Positions 38,946-46,915 of a stretch of DNA of 64,000 nucleotides are shown here, one piece after another. Made by a program: the position numbers and the translations under genes. Source of the DNA: Candidatus Bilamarchaeaceae archaeon (GTDB taxonomy: Archaea > Micrarchaeota > Micrarchaeia > Anstonellales > Bilamarchaeaceae); NCBI GenBank assembly GCA_038870635.1, contig JAVZJR010000002.1:335-64334 (forward strand). The letters run 5' to 3'. The notes under the pieces are model-generated. The model made no database searches, was not told the DNA's origin, and was given only the letters and a program-made list of their open reading frames with translations. How positions within the stretch are numbered: position 1 is the stretch's first letter; every line of letters starts with the position of its first letter.

Positions 38946-39524
38946 TTAAAAACCAAAAGATGTTCTAAGATATGATACTCCTAGCGCCATGATAAAAAGA
39001 GCCACAATCTTAGAACTTATTTCTATTATCTGTGCTCCCAGGATTTTCTTTATTAAAAAAGCATTGTAGAGAAGAAGCCACGATATTAAAAGGCAACAAA
39101 CTATCGCACTCGTGGTTATTAAATAGCCCACTTCATTAGACATTATTACAACAGCAGTCATAAGACCCGGCCCTGTTAATATTGGTGTTGCAATTAGGAC
39201 TGCAACCGTGCTCATATCATCCTGTTCTCCTTTGTTGAAATTTATGCCGAGTATTCCTTCAAGACCGAGTAAAATAAGAACTATTCCGCCTGTTATTTTT
39301 AGATCAGACAAACTTAAGCCTAGAATGTTTAAAAGTTGCGGCCCTATAAAAAGAAAAAGTATAGCGAGAGTGCCTGCGATTACAACAGCTTTTGTTGCTG
39401 CTATTTTTATTTGTTCTTGGCTTTGCTTTTTAGTTAGAGAAAGAAAAACAGGTATGCTTGCAATTGGATCCATTATTATAATTAAATAAAAAAAAGTAGT
39501 TAGAAATAAAGGTAGTTCCTCCAT
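38946..39524 (-). CDS. marC: MarC family integral membrane protein
   Basis: IIMDPIASIPVF, ITGGIVL, ATPILTGPG; six hydrophobic segments. Confidence 0.88.
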   Translation of the reverse strand: MEELPLFLTTFFYLIIIMDPIASIPVFLSLTKKQSQEQIKIAATKAVVIAGTLAILFLFIGPQLLNILGLSLSDLKITGGIVLILLGLEGILGINFNKGEQDDMSTVAVLIATPILTGPGLMTAVVIMSNEVGYLITTSAIVCCLLISWLLLYNAFLIKKILGAQIIEISSKIVALFIMALGVSYLRTSFGF

Positions 39525-39528
39525 TCTA

Positions 39529-40764
39529 TCACTCGCGATAAATTGGGAAGTTTCTACAAAGCTCTTCTACTTCTGTTCTTATCTTTAATTTTAATTCTGA
39601 GTCATTTGGATTGTCTATTATTTTAGTTATCATTTTTCCTATTTCTTTCATCTCGCTTTCTTTCATCCCTCTTGTGGTAAGAGCCGGCGTACCAAATCTT
39701 AAACCGCTTGTTATGAATGGACTTTTTGTGTCGAATGGGATAGTGTTTTTATTGCATATTATACCTGCTTCTTCTAAAGCTATCTGCGCATCTTTTCCGC
39801 TTATTCCTTTTTTTGTTAAGTCTACTAATATTAAATGGGTTTCTGTTCCACCTGCTACTAACCGCATACCATTTTCCTGTAATTCTTCCGCAAGTGCTTT
39901 TGCATTCTTTACGATTTGTTTTGCATATTCTTTAAAAGATGGTTGAAGTGCTTCGTGGAAGCATACTGCTTTTGCTGCTATTACGTTTTCTAGTGGGCCA
40001 CCTTGCATACCTGGGAATACTGCTTTATCTATTTTTGTTCCTATCTCTTCGTTTTTGCCCATTATCATCGCCCCTCGCGGCCCTCTTAATGTTTTATGCG
40101 TTGTGCTTGTTATTACGTCAGCATATGGAACAGGTGAATTGTACACTCCGCCCGCAACAAGTCCTGCAAAATGGCTTATGTCTGCCATCATTACTGCCCC
40201 AACCTCATCACATATAGAGCGGAATTCTTTGAAATCTATCATTAAGGGGTAGGCAGTATAACCACATATTATTAATTTTGGTTTTTCTTCTATTGCTCTT
40301 TTTCTTATTGCATCGTAATCAAGCGCTTCTGTTTCTTTATCTACTCCATATGCAACTGCCTTAAACCATTTGCCTGAAAAGTTTACTGGAGAGCCGTGGG
40401 TAAGATGTCCGCCCTGCGGAAGCTCAAGACCCATGAATTTGTCTCCTGGGTTTAGAAAAGCAAAAAAAGCGGCTATGTTTGCTGATGCGCCTGAATGTGG
40501 CTGTACATTTGCGTGTGCAGCTCCGAATAGTTTTTTTGCGCGTTCTATTGCGATTGTTTCTATTTGATCGACATATTTGTTTCCAGCATAATATCTTTTT
40601 CCAGGGTATCCCTCTGCGTATTTGTTTGTGAGTACTGAACCTGTTGCTTCCATAACCGCTTTGCTTGCGTAATTTTCCGATGCTATCATCCTTAATGTAT
40701 TTTTTTGGTATTCTTCTTCTTTTTTTATCAATTCATATATTTGCGGGTCAGTTTGCTTTAGCAT
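39529..40764 (-). CDS. glyA: Serine hydroxymethyltransferase
   Basis: [32 protein letters not shown]; ATG at 40764 after GGTGG RBS. Confidence 0.97.
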   Translation of the reverse strand: MLKQTDPQIYELIKKEEEYQKNTLRMIASENYASKAVMEATGSVLTNKYAEGYPGKRYYAGNKYVDQIETIAIERAKKLFGAAHANVQPHSGASANIAAFFAFLNPGDKFMGLELPQGGHLTHGSPVNFSGKWFKAVAYGVDKETEALDYDAIRKRAIEEKPKLIICGYTAYPLMIDFKEFRSICDEVGAVMMADISHFAGLVAGGVYNSPVPYADVITSTTHKTLRGPRGAMIMGKNEEIGTKIDKAVFPGMQGGPLENVIAAKAVCFHEALQPSFKEYAKQIVKNAKALAEELQENGMRLVAGGTETHLILVDLTKKGISGKDAQIALEEAGIICNKNTIPFDTKSPFITSGLRFGTPALTTRGMKESEMKEIGKMITKIIDNPNDSELKLKIRTEVEELCRNFPIYRE

Positions 40765-40857
40765 ATATCCCACCAAAATGGGTTTTGGAAAAGAAGGATT
40801 AAAAATAAATCTATCCTTCTAAATGCTACTATCCTGAGATGGTGATAGTGTCATAAC

Positions 40858-40920
40858 TATATATCATAGGGGTAGCGATTGTGTAAACGACGATTCGTTT
40901 ACAGCTCGCTACTGTCATAA
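40858..40920 (+). other. Degenerate copy of the tRNA-Leu(TAG) 5' end folded into a long hairpin
   Basis: tatatatcataggggtagcga vs tgtatatcgcaggggtagcga (18/21 identical); stems gtagcga/tcgctac and tgtaaacga/tcgtttaca. Confidence 0.6.
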
Positions 40921-40948
40921 GAATATAATAACGGTATAATTGTATATC

Positions 40949-41105
40949 GCAGGGGTAGCGAAGATACGTGGTGGTTAAAAAAACTATTGCGTATTGAAAT
41001 GGTCAAACGCGTGGGGTTTAGGACCCCATGGCTTAACATCACCATTGCTTTTTGGCAATGGTTGTGGGCCAAGTGCCTTCGCAGGTTCGAACCCTGCCCC
41101 CTGCA
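40949..41105 (+). tRNA. tRNA-Leu(TAG) with two non-canonical introns: D-loop (about 40964-40999) and variable arm (41036-41072)
   Basis: Removing both inserts gives a cloverleaf congruent with the two intronless Leu tRNAs in this window; anticodon TAG at 41019-41021. Confidence 0.88.
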
Positions 41106-41112
41106 TTTTTGC

Positions 41113-41246
41113 GCCGAGGTCGCATAACCCGGTAGTGCGTCGGTCTTGAACTGTTTTAAAGGACAACCGATCCCTTTGGGATTGCAGGTTCAAAAGCTTT
41201 CGCTGAAGCAAAGATCTTCAGCAGGCTGAAAGTCCTGCCCTCGGCG
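41113..41246 (+). tRNA. tRNA-Ser(TGA) with introns at canonical 37/38 (41151-41164) and T-loop 59/60 (41195-41232)
   Basis: GCCGAGG/CCTCGGC-G acceptor; TCGGT/ACCGA anticodon stem; variable arm; perfect BHB at 59/60 (TTCA/TGAA). Confidence 0.88.
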
Positions 41247-41308
41247 TTAAAAATCTTGTTATGGGAGAATACTCTAATCTTTTAAATATTTTATATTCTA
41301 AAAAGTGT

Positions 41309-42523
41309 ATGCGTTTTCTTGTCATTTCACTTATTTTTTTATTTATGAGCATAACGTATGGCCAAAACTTTTCCAGTGAAGATGTAATAAAAAAAATGTA
41401 CTATGATAATTTTGCTAATACCTCCATTAATGATTTCATAATTGTTGAAGGAAGCAGTTTAAGTACAACCGAAGTTGCTGCAATAGAATATTTTAAAGTT
41501 CAATATCGTGATTTTCTTTCTTATTATACTCCTCTTAATGATTCAGAAAAAACATTTGATGTTATAGAAAGCGCAACCAGAGAAAAAGTGATAGTTCTTA
41601 TTGGCGGACCAACCCAAAATAAAATATCGGAAAAAATAGTTTCATTAGGTTGGGTTAAAGAAGATAGTAAAATAAATTACTATGGTTTTATTGTTCAAAA
41701 CGGTACAACCCCAAAAGGAGCAAAGATATACATTGTTTCAGATAATAAAGGTTACAGCAACTTGCCCAGAAAAAGTTTAGAATATTCCCCTCTTGCATCT
41801 TTTGTTCCACGGGAATACGTACCCGCGGCAGCAACAGGAATAAGTTTTATTTTTCTTCATCTATTGAATTTTTTTCAAACTGTTATTGAAGAGTTTTTAG
41901 GGGAATTTGCAAAGAAAGAAAAGAAAAATGAAAATAAAAACGAAAGCAAAATAAAGAAATATGGCTTGGAATTGTTTTCCTTTGTTTTAGCCTCTTTTGT
42001 TCTTGCATTAGGTATAACTTGGACATTCATAGGTTTAAGCCGAAGTTTTGTCTTTTATTTTATTCTTAATTTTATAATTTGTTTTTTCATTATTCTAGTC
42101 TACGACGGCTTTAGATGGATTGGTGCAAAAATAATTAAAATTCCTGTGCGTTATGTATTTTGGCCAAGTGGTGCAATAATAACTTTTGTAAGTAGTTTGC
42201 TTGGGAATCCCTTTGGTCTTGCAGGAGTTTTGGTTGAAGAAACAGAGAATATAAAAGAAAGATGGAAAACTGGTATTATGAATTTAGGAGCATCTTTTTT
42301 CACTATTTTTGTTGCACTTATATTTTTCATATTAAACTTCTTTTTTCCTTCTGAATTTTTTCAAAGTATATTCAGCGCGTCCTCAACCATAGCCATGGTG
42401 AGTATGCTTCCTATCGGTTCTTTGGGCGGAAATGAAGTAAGAAAATGGAATTTTTTTGCTTGGTTTTTTAGTTTTGTTTTTATTAGTGGTGTCTACATTG
42501 TAATAACTTTTTTAATTGTATAA
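41309..42523 (+). CDS. Membrane protein: N-terminal exported domain plus M50-peptidase-like TM domain lacking catalytic residues
   Basis: Signal-like MRFLVISLIF; VLIGGPTQN; TM domain FWPSG..LAGV..MLPIGSLGG, with YDGFR where HExxH is expected. Confidence 0.6.
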   Translation: MRFLVISLIFLFMSITYGQNFSSEDVIKKMYYDNFANTSINDFIIVEGSSLSTTEVAAIEYFKVQYRDFLSYYTPLNDSEKTFDVIESATREKVIVLIGGPTQNKISEKIVSLGWVKEDSKINYYGFIVQNGTTPKGAKIYIVSDNKGYSNLPRKSLEYSPLASFVPREYVPAAATGISFIFLHLLNFFQTVIEEFLGEFAKKEKKNENKNESKIKKYGLELFSFVLASFVLALGITWTFIGLSRSFVFYFILNFIICFFIILVYDGFRWIGAKIIKIPVRYVFWPSGAIITFVSSLLGNPFGLAGVLVEETENIKERWKTGIMNLGASFFTIFVALIFFILNFFFPSEFFQSIFSASSTIAMVSMLPIGSLGGNEVRKWNFFAWFFSFVFISGVYIVITFLIV

Positions 42524-42573
42524 ACAAATGCTGACAACAATTAAAAACATAGGTTAATAATTAATCAACACCT

Positions 42574-42645
42574 GCCTCCGTAGCTCAGCGGTAGAGCGCC
42601 CGCTTCGTAAGCGGGATGTCGGGGGTTCAAATCCCTCCGGAGGCT
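42574..42645 (+). tRNA. tRNA-Thr(CGT), intronless
   Basis: GCCTCCG/CGGAGGC acceptor; CCCGC-TTCGTAA-GCGGG; TTCAAAT T-loop. Confidence 0.96.
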
Positions 42646-42658
42646 TTTTAGTTATTCT

Positions 42659-42862
42659 TACTGTTTTCTTGGCTTCTTACTGTTTTCTCTGTATTTCTAA
42701 TGTTTTCTATGTGCCGTTTCTCCAGTATTCATCGGTGCCGGCAGGGGTTTTTATGTTTTCTACTGTATTCTTGGCTTCTTACTGTTTTCTCTGTATTTCT
42801 AATGTTTTCTATGTGCCGTTACTCCGGTTTTCAGCGGTGCCGGCAGGGGTTTTTATGTTTTC
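42659..42862. repeat. Tandem duplication, 2 x 102 bp
   Basis: Copies 42659-42760 and 42761-42862 are near-identical, with differences clustered in a ~15-nt central patch. Confidence 0.9.
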
Positions 42863-42880
42863 TCCTATTTTCATTGCTTC

Positions 42881-43018
42881 TTACGAAGCCTTTGACTTCT
42901 ATCATCTCATGGCAAAGGCTTACGCTCACCCAAACCCTAAGGTGTTCTATCTGTTTATTTTTTATTTACGAAGCCTTTGACTTCTATCATCTCATGGCAA
43001 AGGCTTACACTCACCCAA
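42881..43018. repeat. Two 53-bp palindromic direct repeats separated by a 32-bp spacer
   Basis: 42881-42933 and 42966-43018, 1 mismatch; each has a 9-bp inverted repeat aagcctttg/caaaggctt around an 18-nt loop. Confidence 0.9.
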
Positions 43019-43079
43019 TGGAGGTGGTTTTAAGAGGTTTAAGTCACCTTTTTAAATCTTCACGAGCTACAAAAAGAAC

Positions 43080-44183
43080 ATGGTAAATTTTTTTGTGTTA
43101 GAGGGGGTTATACCTGATTTCATTCTTTCTCTCTTAAAAGGACTACCAGGAGGGGATTTAGTTTTTTTTCTTTCTCTACTTATTCTTGTATATTTAATAG
43201 TTTTTATTATCCTTAAGATAGTCTTAACGATACTTAAGTTTTTAAGTAGCAAAACAAAAACAACGCTTGATGATGATCTACTCAGAGTAGGTGAAAAATA
43301 TTCGCATTTTTTTGCTATTCTTTTTTCAGTTTTCTTATCATTACAAACAGTTTATCCAAATTTGATTTTAGGCAAATATGATGAGACACAGGTTTTCATA
43401 ATTCTTTTTCTTGGTCTTTTATCATTTTTTATAGCTGAGATACTGGATACTATATTAGTTTGGTATGGAATGAGCATTCAACCTCCTGAGAGGAAAAAAA
43501 TTTCACCAAAGCAAATATTTCCATTTGTGCGTACTCTGATTAAAGCAGCAGTGCATCTGATATTCCTTATTTTTATATTGCAATTTGCAGGTTTTGATAC
43601 CGCTGCTCTTCTTACTGGATTGGGTGTAGCTGGTTTAGCAGTGGCTTTGGCACTTCAAGATACACTTGGAAATTTCTTTGCTGGCATTCACATATTAATG
43701 GATAAACCTTTTAGAGAAGGTGATTATATACAGATGGATAATGGAATGGAGGGCACAATTGATCGTATTGGCTGGAGAACAACAAAAATAATTACCCCAG
43801 ATAACAATGAACTAGTGGTGCCAAATTCAAAACTCTCAAATGCGATAATAAAAAATTTTGCAACACCTGATAAAAAAGTGCTTGTTTTTTACGAAATTGG
43901 TGTCTCTTACGATAGCGACCCAGATGAAGTAGAAGATGCAATTCTTAAAGTTATACAGCGAGTCGCAGAGAAAAACACAAATCTTGATCCATCTAATGCT
44001 TTTGTGAGACTCCAACAATTTGGCGATTTTGCATTAATATTTCGCTTTGGTTATCATGTGAATGGTTACTCCAACCGTTTTCCTGTGCTTAGAGAAATAA
44101 ACAAAGAACTGTTAAAAGAGTTTAGAAAGAGAAAGATAGAGATACCCTTCCCAATAAGAACAGTTATAACGAAGAAAGACTAA
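43080..44183 (+). CDS. mscS: Small-conductance mechanosensitive channel (MscS family)
   Basis: LGVAGLAVALALQDTLGNFFAG, DKPFREGD, IGWRTT, VVPNS, IEIPFP. Confidence 0.93.
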   Translation: MVNFFVLEGVIPDFILSLLKGLPGGDLVFFLSLLILVYLIVFIILKIVLTILKFLSSKTKTTLDDDLLRVGEKYSHFFAILFSVFLSLQTVYPNLILGKYDETQVFIILFLGLLSFFIAEILDTILVWYGMSIQPPERKKISPKQIFPFVRTLIKAAVHLIFLIFILQFAGFDTAALLTGLGVAGLAVALALQDTLGNFFAGIHILMDKPFREGDYIQMDNGMEGTIDRIGWRTTKIITPDNNELVVPNSKLSNAIIKNFATPDKKVLVFYEIGVSYDSDPDEVEDAILKVIQRVAEKNTNLDPSNAFVRLQQFGDFALIFRFGYHVNGYSNRFPVLREINKELLKEFRKRKIEIPFPIRTVITKKD

Positions 44184-44419
44184 CGTTTTTTCTTTTTCTT
44201 ATTTTGTTTAACTTTTTTTCTATGGTTTTTTTCTTTTTTGCTTTTTATTTGTTTTTTAGACTTTCTTAAGATTTTTTTCTCTTTACCCTTGCTAATTTGC
44301 GCTTTTTTTGGTTGAGTTTTTGTTTCTTTTTTTTCAGGTTCTTTTTTCTCTTCTGAAATTTTCTCTACAAGTTTTCTTATCAGTTCTCTTGCGGTTTCGC
44401 TCATAACTTTATTTCTCAC
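44180..44419 (-). CDS. Small Lys-rich basic protein
   Basis: 79-aa ORF filling the gap between mscS and the divergent TPR gene; low complexity so could be spurious. Confidence 0.45.
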   Translation of the reverse strand: MRNKVMSETARELIRKLVEKISEEKKEPEKKETKTQPKKAQISKGKEKKILRKSKKQIKSKKEKNHRKKVKQNKKKKKR

Positions 44420-44455
44420 AGAGTATTTAAAAAAATGTGCTAAAAATAAAATACG

Positions 44456-44962
44456 ATGGTCTATTACGAAAAACTACAGAAAATGTTTAAGGAAGGTAAA
44501 TACGCAGAGATAAAATCTTTTTGCGAAAGCGAGCTACAACTCCATCCAAATGATATAGATCTTACTTTTTATTATGCCAGCAGTCTTGAAGCTTTGGGTG
44601 AGCACGAGAAAGCAAGAAATTATTTTGAAAAACTCTTTAATTTAACTAAAGAAAATATATTTCTTATTTGCAAATCCATACCGTCTTTTGCATTAGGGGA
44701 GCGGGCGAAGGCAAAAGAGGATATAGAAAAAGTTTTAAAGGTAGAAAAAGATCCGAACATACTCTTCTATGCTTTCAAGGTAGCTGTAAAGAATGGAGAA
44801 AGCACTACTGCGAAACATGGCCTTTTTTTAGCACTTAAAACTTCACCTGAGAAAACAATAGAAAACCTACAAAAATTTTTTGAGGAAGTTAAAGGTACAA
44901 GCATTGAGCGTCGTGTTTTCTTTGTCTCTATAATAAATTTGTTGAGGTCACTTCCTAAGTAA
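44456..44962 (+). CDS. TPR-repeat protein
   Basis: FYYASSLEALGEHEKARNYFEKL TPR-like unit. Confidence 0.7.
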   Translation: MVYYEKLQKMFKEGKYAEIKSFCESELQLHPNDIDLTFYYASSLEALGEHEKARNYFEKLFNLTKENIFLICKSIPSFALGERAKAKEDIEKVLKVEKDPNILFYAFKVAVKNGESTTAKHGLFLALKTSPEKTIENLQKFFEEVKGTSIERRVFFVSIINLLRSLPK

Positions 44963-44964
44963 AT

Positions 44965-45049
44965 GCAGGGGGCCGGATTTGAACCGGCGAACTCACTAAG
45001 AGACAGGATCTTAAGTCCTGCGCATTTGACCAGGCTTTGCTACCCCTGC
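44965..45049 (-). tRNA. tRNA-Leu(TAA), intronless
   Basis: Minus strand CAGGA-CTTAAGA-TCCTG anticodon arm; variable arm; GCAGGGG/CCCCTGC acceptor. Confidence 0.96.
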
Positions 45050-45075
45050 TTTTTGATTTTATAATTATTTTATGC

Positions 45076-46224
45076 CTAATTTATAATTCTATTTTTTTCT
45101 AATAAATTTTCTATTATTTTGTTTATATACTCTTCTGCTTTTTCTTCATCTTCTATAAGTTTTTCTAAAAATTCACTTGTTTTTATGTTTTTTAATTTTC
45201 CTTTAAGTCGCTCTTCTAATCTCATTCTTCCAAATTCCTTAACAGAAATATTTGTTTCTCTTAATTTTTTTATTTCTTCTATTTTTTCGCTTATATCCGC
45301 CGCGTTTAATTCATTTGATAGAAAAACAAGCTTATCGTTTATCCTTAATCGTATGTCTGAGCTTTTTAAACCTTCGCGCAATGTACCACATAGTTTTATT
45401 GCAATTATCGCTTCTGGGTAAATCAAGCGCAAGTTTGCTATTTTTTCTTCTACTTTTGCTATGACTTCATTCTCACCCGCCTTTTCAAAATTCAACTCTT
45501 CGTAAATAAATTTTCTTGTTTTTGTTGGAAAAAAATCTGCTTTTTTTGTCTTAGTGTCATATATAATATAACCTTTTGGTTCTGTTTCTTCTTTTTTTAG
45601 TTGCGTTATCACAGTGCTACCAGGAACTATTAACTTGCCATTTATTTTTTCATATCTCTTGTGGATATGACCATTTATAACTAAATCAAAAGGTAGTTTT
45701 TCTATAAATTCTAGACTGAGGCCACTTTGATTTACTATTTCATTTATGTTTTGGTGAATAACTAAAATATTAAATGCGTCTGGGAGCGGTGGATATCTTT
45801 CAATTGTTTGTTTTATTGTTTCTTCTGCTTGCTCTTCTGGTACACTTCCAATACCAATTATAGCGATTTTCTCATCACCTTCATCTATCACAACTCTCTG
45901 TGCATCGATGTACTCTAAAGCTTCACTGGTGGCCAATACGTTAAGAGGATTGTCAAAACCTTTTGACCTTCTCTCGTGGTTTCCATGTATCGCAATAATT
46001 CTTATCTTACTTTTTTTGAAAATCTCTATAGCCCTTCTTATCGTTTCTAAACGTGGTATCCTCGAATCAAAAATATCTCCTGCTATTATTACTACTTTTA
46101 CTTTTTCGGCTAATTCCTTTAGCATTTCCTCTGGCTGTGTGTAAGAGTCTTCCTCGAATCTTGCATAACCGAGATGAAGGTCAGATATTATACCTATTTT
46201 CACGGTAAAAAAAGGCAAAAACAT
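45076..46224 (-). CDS. mre11: Mre11/SbcD-family nuclease; likely GTG start near 46203
   Basis: Phosphoesterase motifs DLHLG, GDIFD, GNHE, HQ, GHIH. Confidence 0.85.
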   Translation of the reverse strand: MFLPFFTVKIGIISDLHLGYARFEEDSYTQPEEMLKELAEKVKVVIIAGDIFDSRIPRLETIRRAIEIFKKSKIRIIAIHGNHERRSKGFDNPLNVLATSEALEYIDAQRVVIDEGDEKIAIIGIGSVPEEQAEETIKQTIERYPPLPDAFNILVIHQNINEIVNQSGLSLEFIEKLPFDLVINGHIHKRYEKINGKLIVPGSTVITQLKKEETEPKGYIIYDTKTKKADFFPTKTRKFIYEELNFEKAGENEVIAKVEEKIANLRLIYPEAIIAIKLCGTLREGLKSSDIRLRINDKLVFLSNELNAADISEKIEEIKKLRETNISVKEFGRMRLEERLKGKLKNIKTSEFLEKLIEDEEKAEEYINKIIENLLEKNRIIN

Positions 46225-46255
46225 ATTTAAAAAGAGTTTGGTTGTTTTAATCTGT

Positions 46256-46336
46256 ATGCCTGGCGAGATTATTCTTTACTCAATACTCGTCGCGGCCGTT
46301 CTGGTCGCAACTTATCTTTTGACCAGAAAAATTTAA
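46256..46336 (+). CDS. Putative 26-aa single-pass membrane microprotein
   Basis: Hand translation MPGEIILYSILVAAVLVATYLLTRKI; TATA-like tatttaaaaa ~30 nt upstream; stop abuts tRNA-Ile. Confidence 0.5.
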   Translation: MPGEIILYSILVAAVLVATYLLTRKI

Positions 46337-46441
46337 GGGCCCGTAGCTCAGCCCGGCTAGAGCGTTCGTGCTTTATGCGACGAAACTGATAATCGGGCAT
46401 CTGAAATCGAAAGGTCTGGAGTTCAAATCTCCACGGGCCCA
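46337..46441 (+). tRNA. tRNA-Ile(GAT) with two introns: 30/31 (46369-46384) and 37/38 (46392-46405)
   Basis: Spliced arm TTCGA-CTGATAA-TCGAA; BHB at 30/31 has helix CGTT/GACG; acceptor GGGCCCG/CGGGCCC-A. Confidence 0.9.
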
Positions 46442-46450
46442 TTTTTATAA

Positions 46451-46915
46451 TTAACTCGGAGGTTTTTGTTCAAAGTATCTTCTAAACTTCTCAGTAAGGA
46501 AAAGACGACTGCTTCTGCCTTCTTTTTTTTGTTTTATAAAACCACTTTCAGTTAATTCTTTTATATTTCCATATGTTTGTGTGCCCATTTTCTTGACTAG
46601 TTCAGATTTTAATATACCATCGTGTTTCGATATAAAGGCAAGCGTTCTAAGAGCACTTCGACTTATTTCTGCTTCTTGTGCAAACTCTTTCACTCGATCG
46701 ATATATTCATTTCTTACTCTTAATTCATATTTTCCTTCTATTTCATTTATCTCTATTGCGCTTCCTCTTTCATCATATTCTTTTTTTAACTCATCAACGA
46801 GATTTTTTACATAACCGATTGCACTTATGCCAGTCACTCTCTTAAAGTCTTCTAACGTTAGTGGTTTCGCAGATATAAAAAGAGCCGCTTCTATATATCT
46901 TTTTTCTTTTTCCAT
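46451..46915 (-). CDS. scpB: SMC-Scp complex subunit ScpB
   Basis: IEAALFISAKPL, ALRTLAFI, FLTEKFRRYF. Confidence 0.88.
   Translation of the reverse strand: MEKEKRYIEAALFISAKPLTLEDFKRVTGISAIGYVKNLVDELKKEYDERGSAIEINEIEGKYELRVRNEYIDRVKEFAQEAEISRSALRTLAFISKHDGILKSELVKKMGTQTYGNIKELTESGFIKQKKEGRSSRLFLTEKFRRYFEQKPPS

Noticed and set aside
40984-41211. 75-aa minus-strand ORF
   Set aside because: Shadow of the two tRNA genes on the + strand
41195-41232. C/D box guide RNA nested in the tRNA intron
   Set aside because: Two CTGA boxes are present but there is no RTGATGA C box; the terminal CTGA is explained by the BHB helix
41113-41246. tRNA-Sec or UGA suppressor
   Set aside because: Anticodon is TGA (reads UCA, Ser), not TCA; 7-bp acceptor stem and G73 fit tRNA-Ser
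42881-43018. CRISPR array
   Set aside because: Only two repeats, 53 bp long, and no cas genes in the window; kept as an unexplained repeat
42574-43080. Integrated element at tRNA-Thr
   Set aside because: No integrase and no second copy of the tRNA 3' end (att site) noticed in the window
42700-43086. 128-aa Cys/Phe-rich ORF
   Set aside because: Product of T-rich repeats that lack stop codons by composition; no RBS; overlaps another equally open frame
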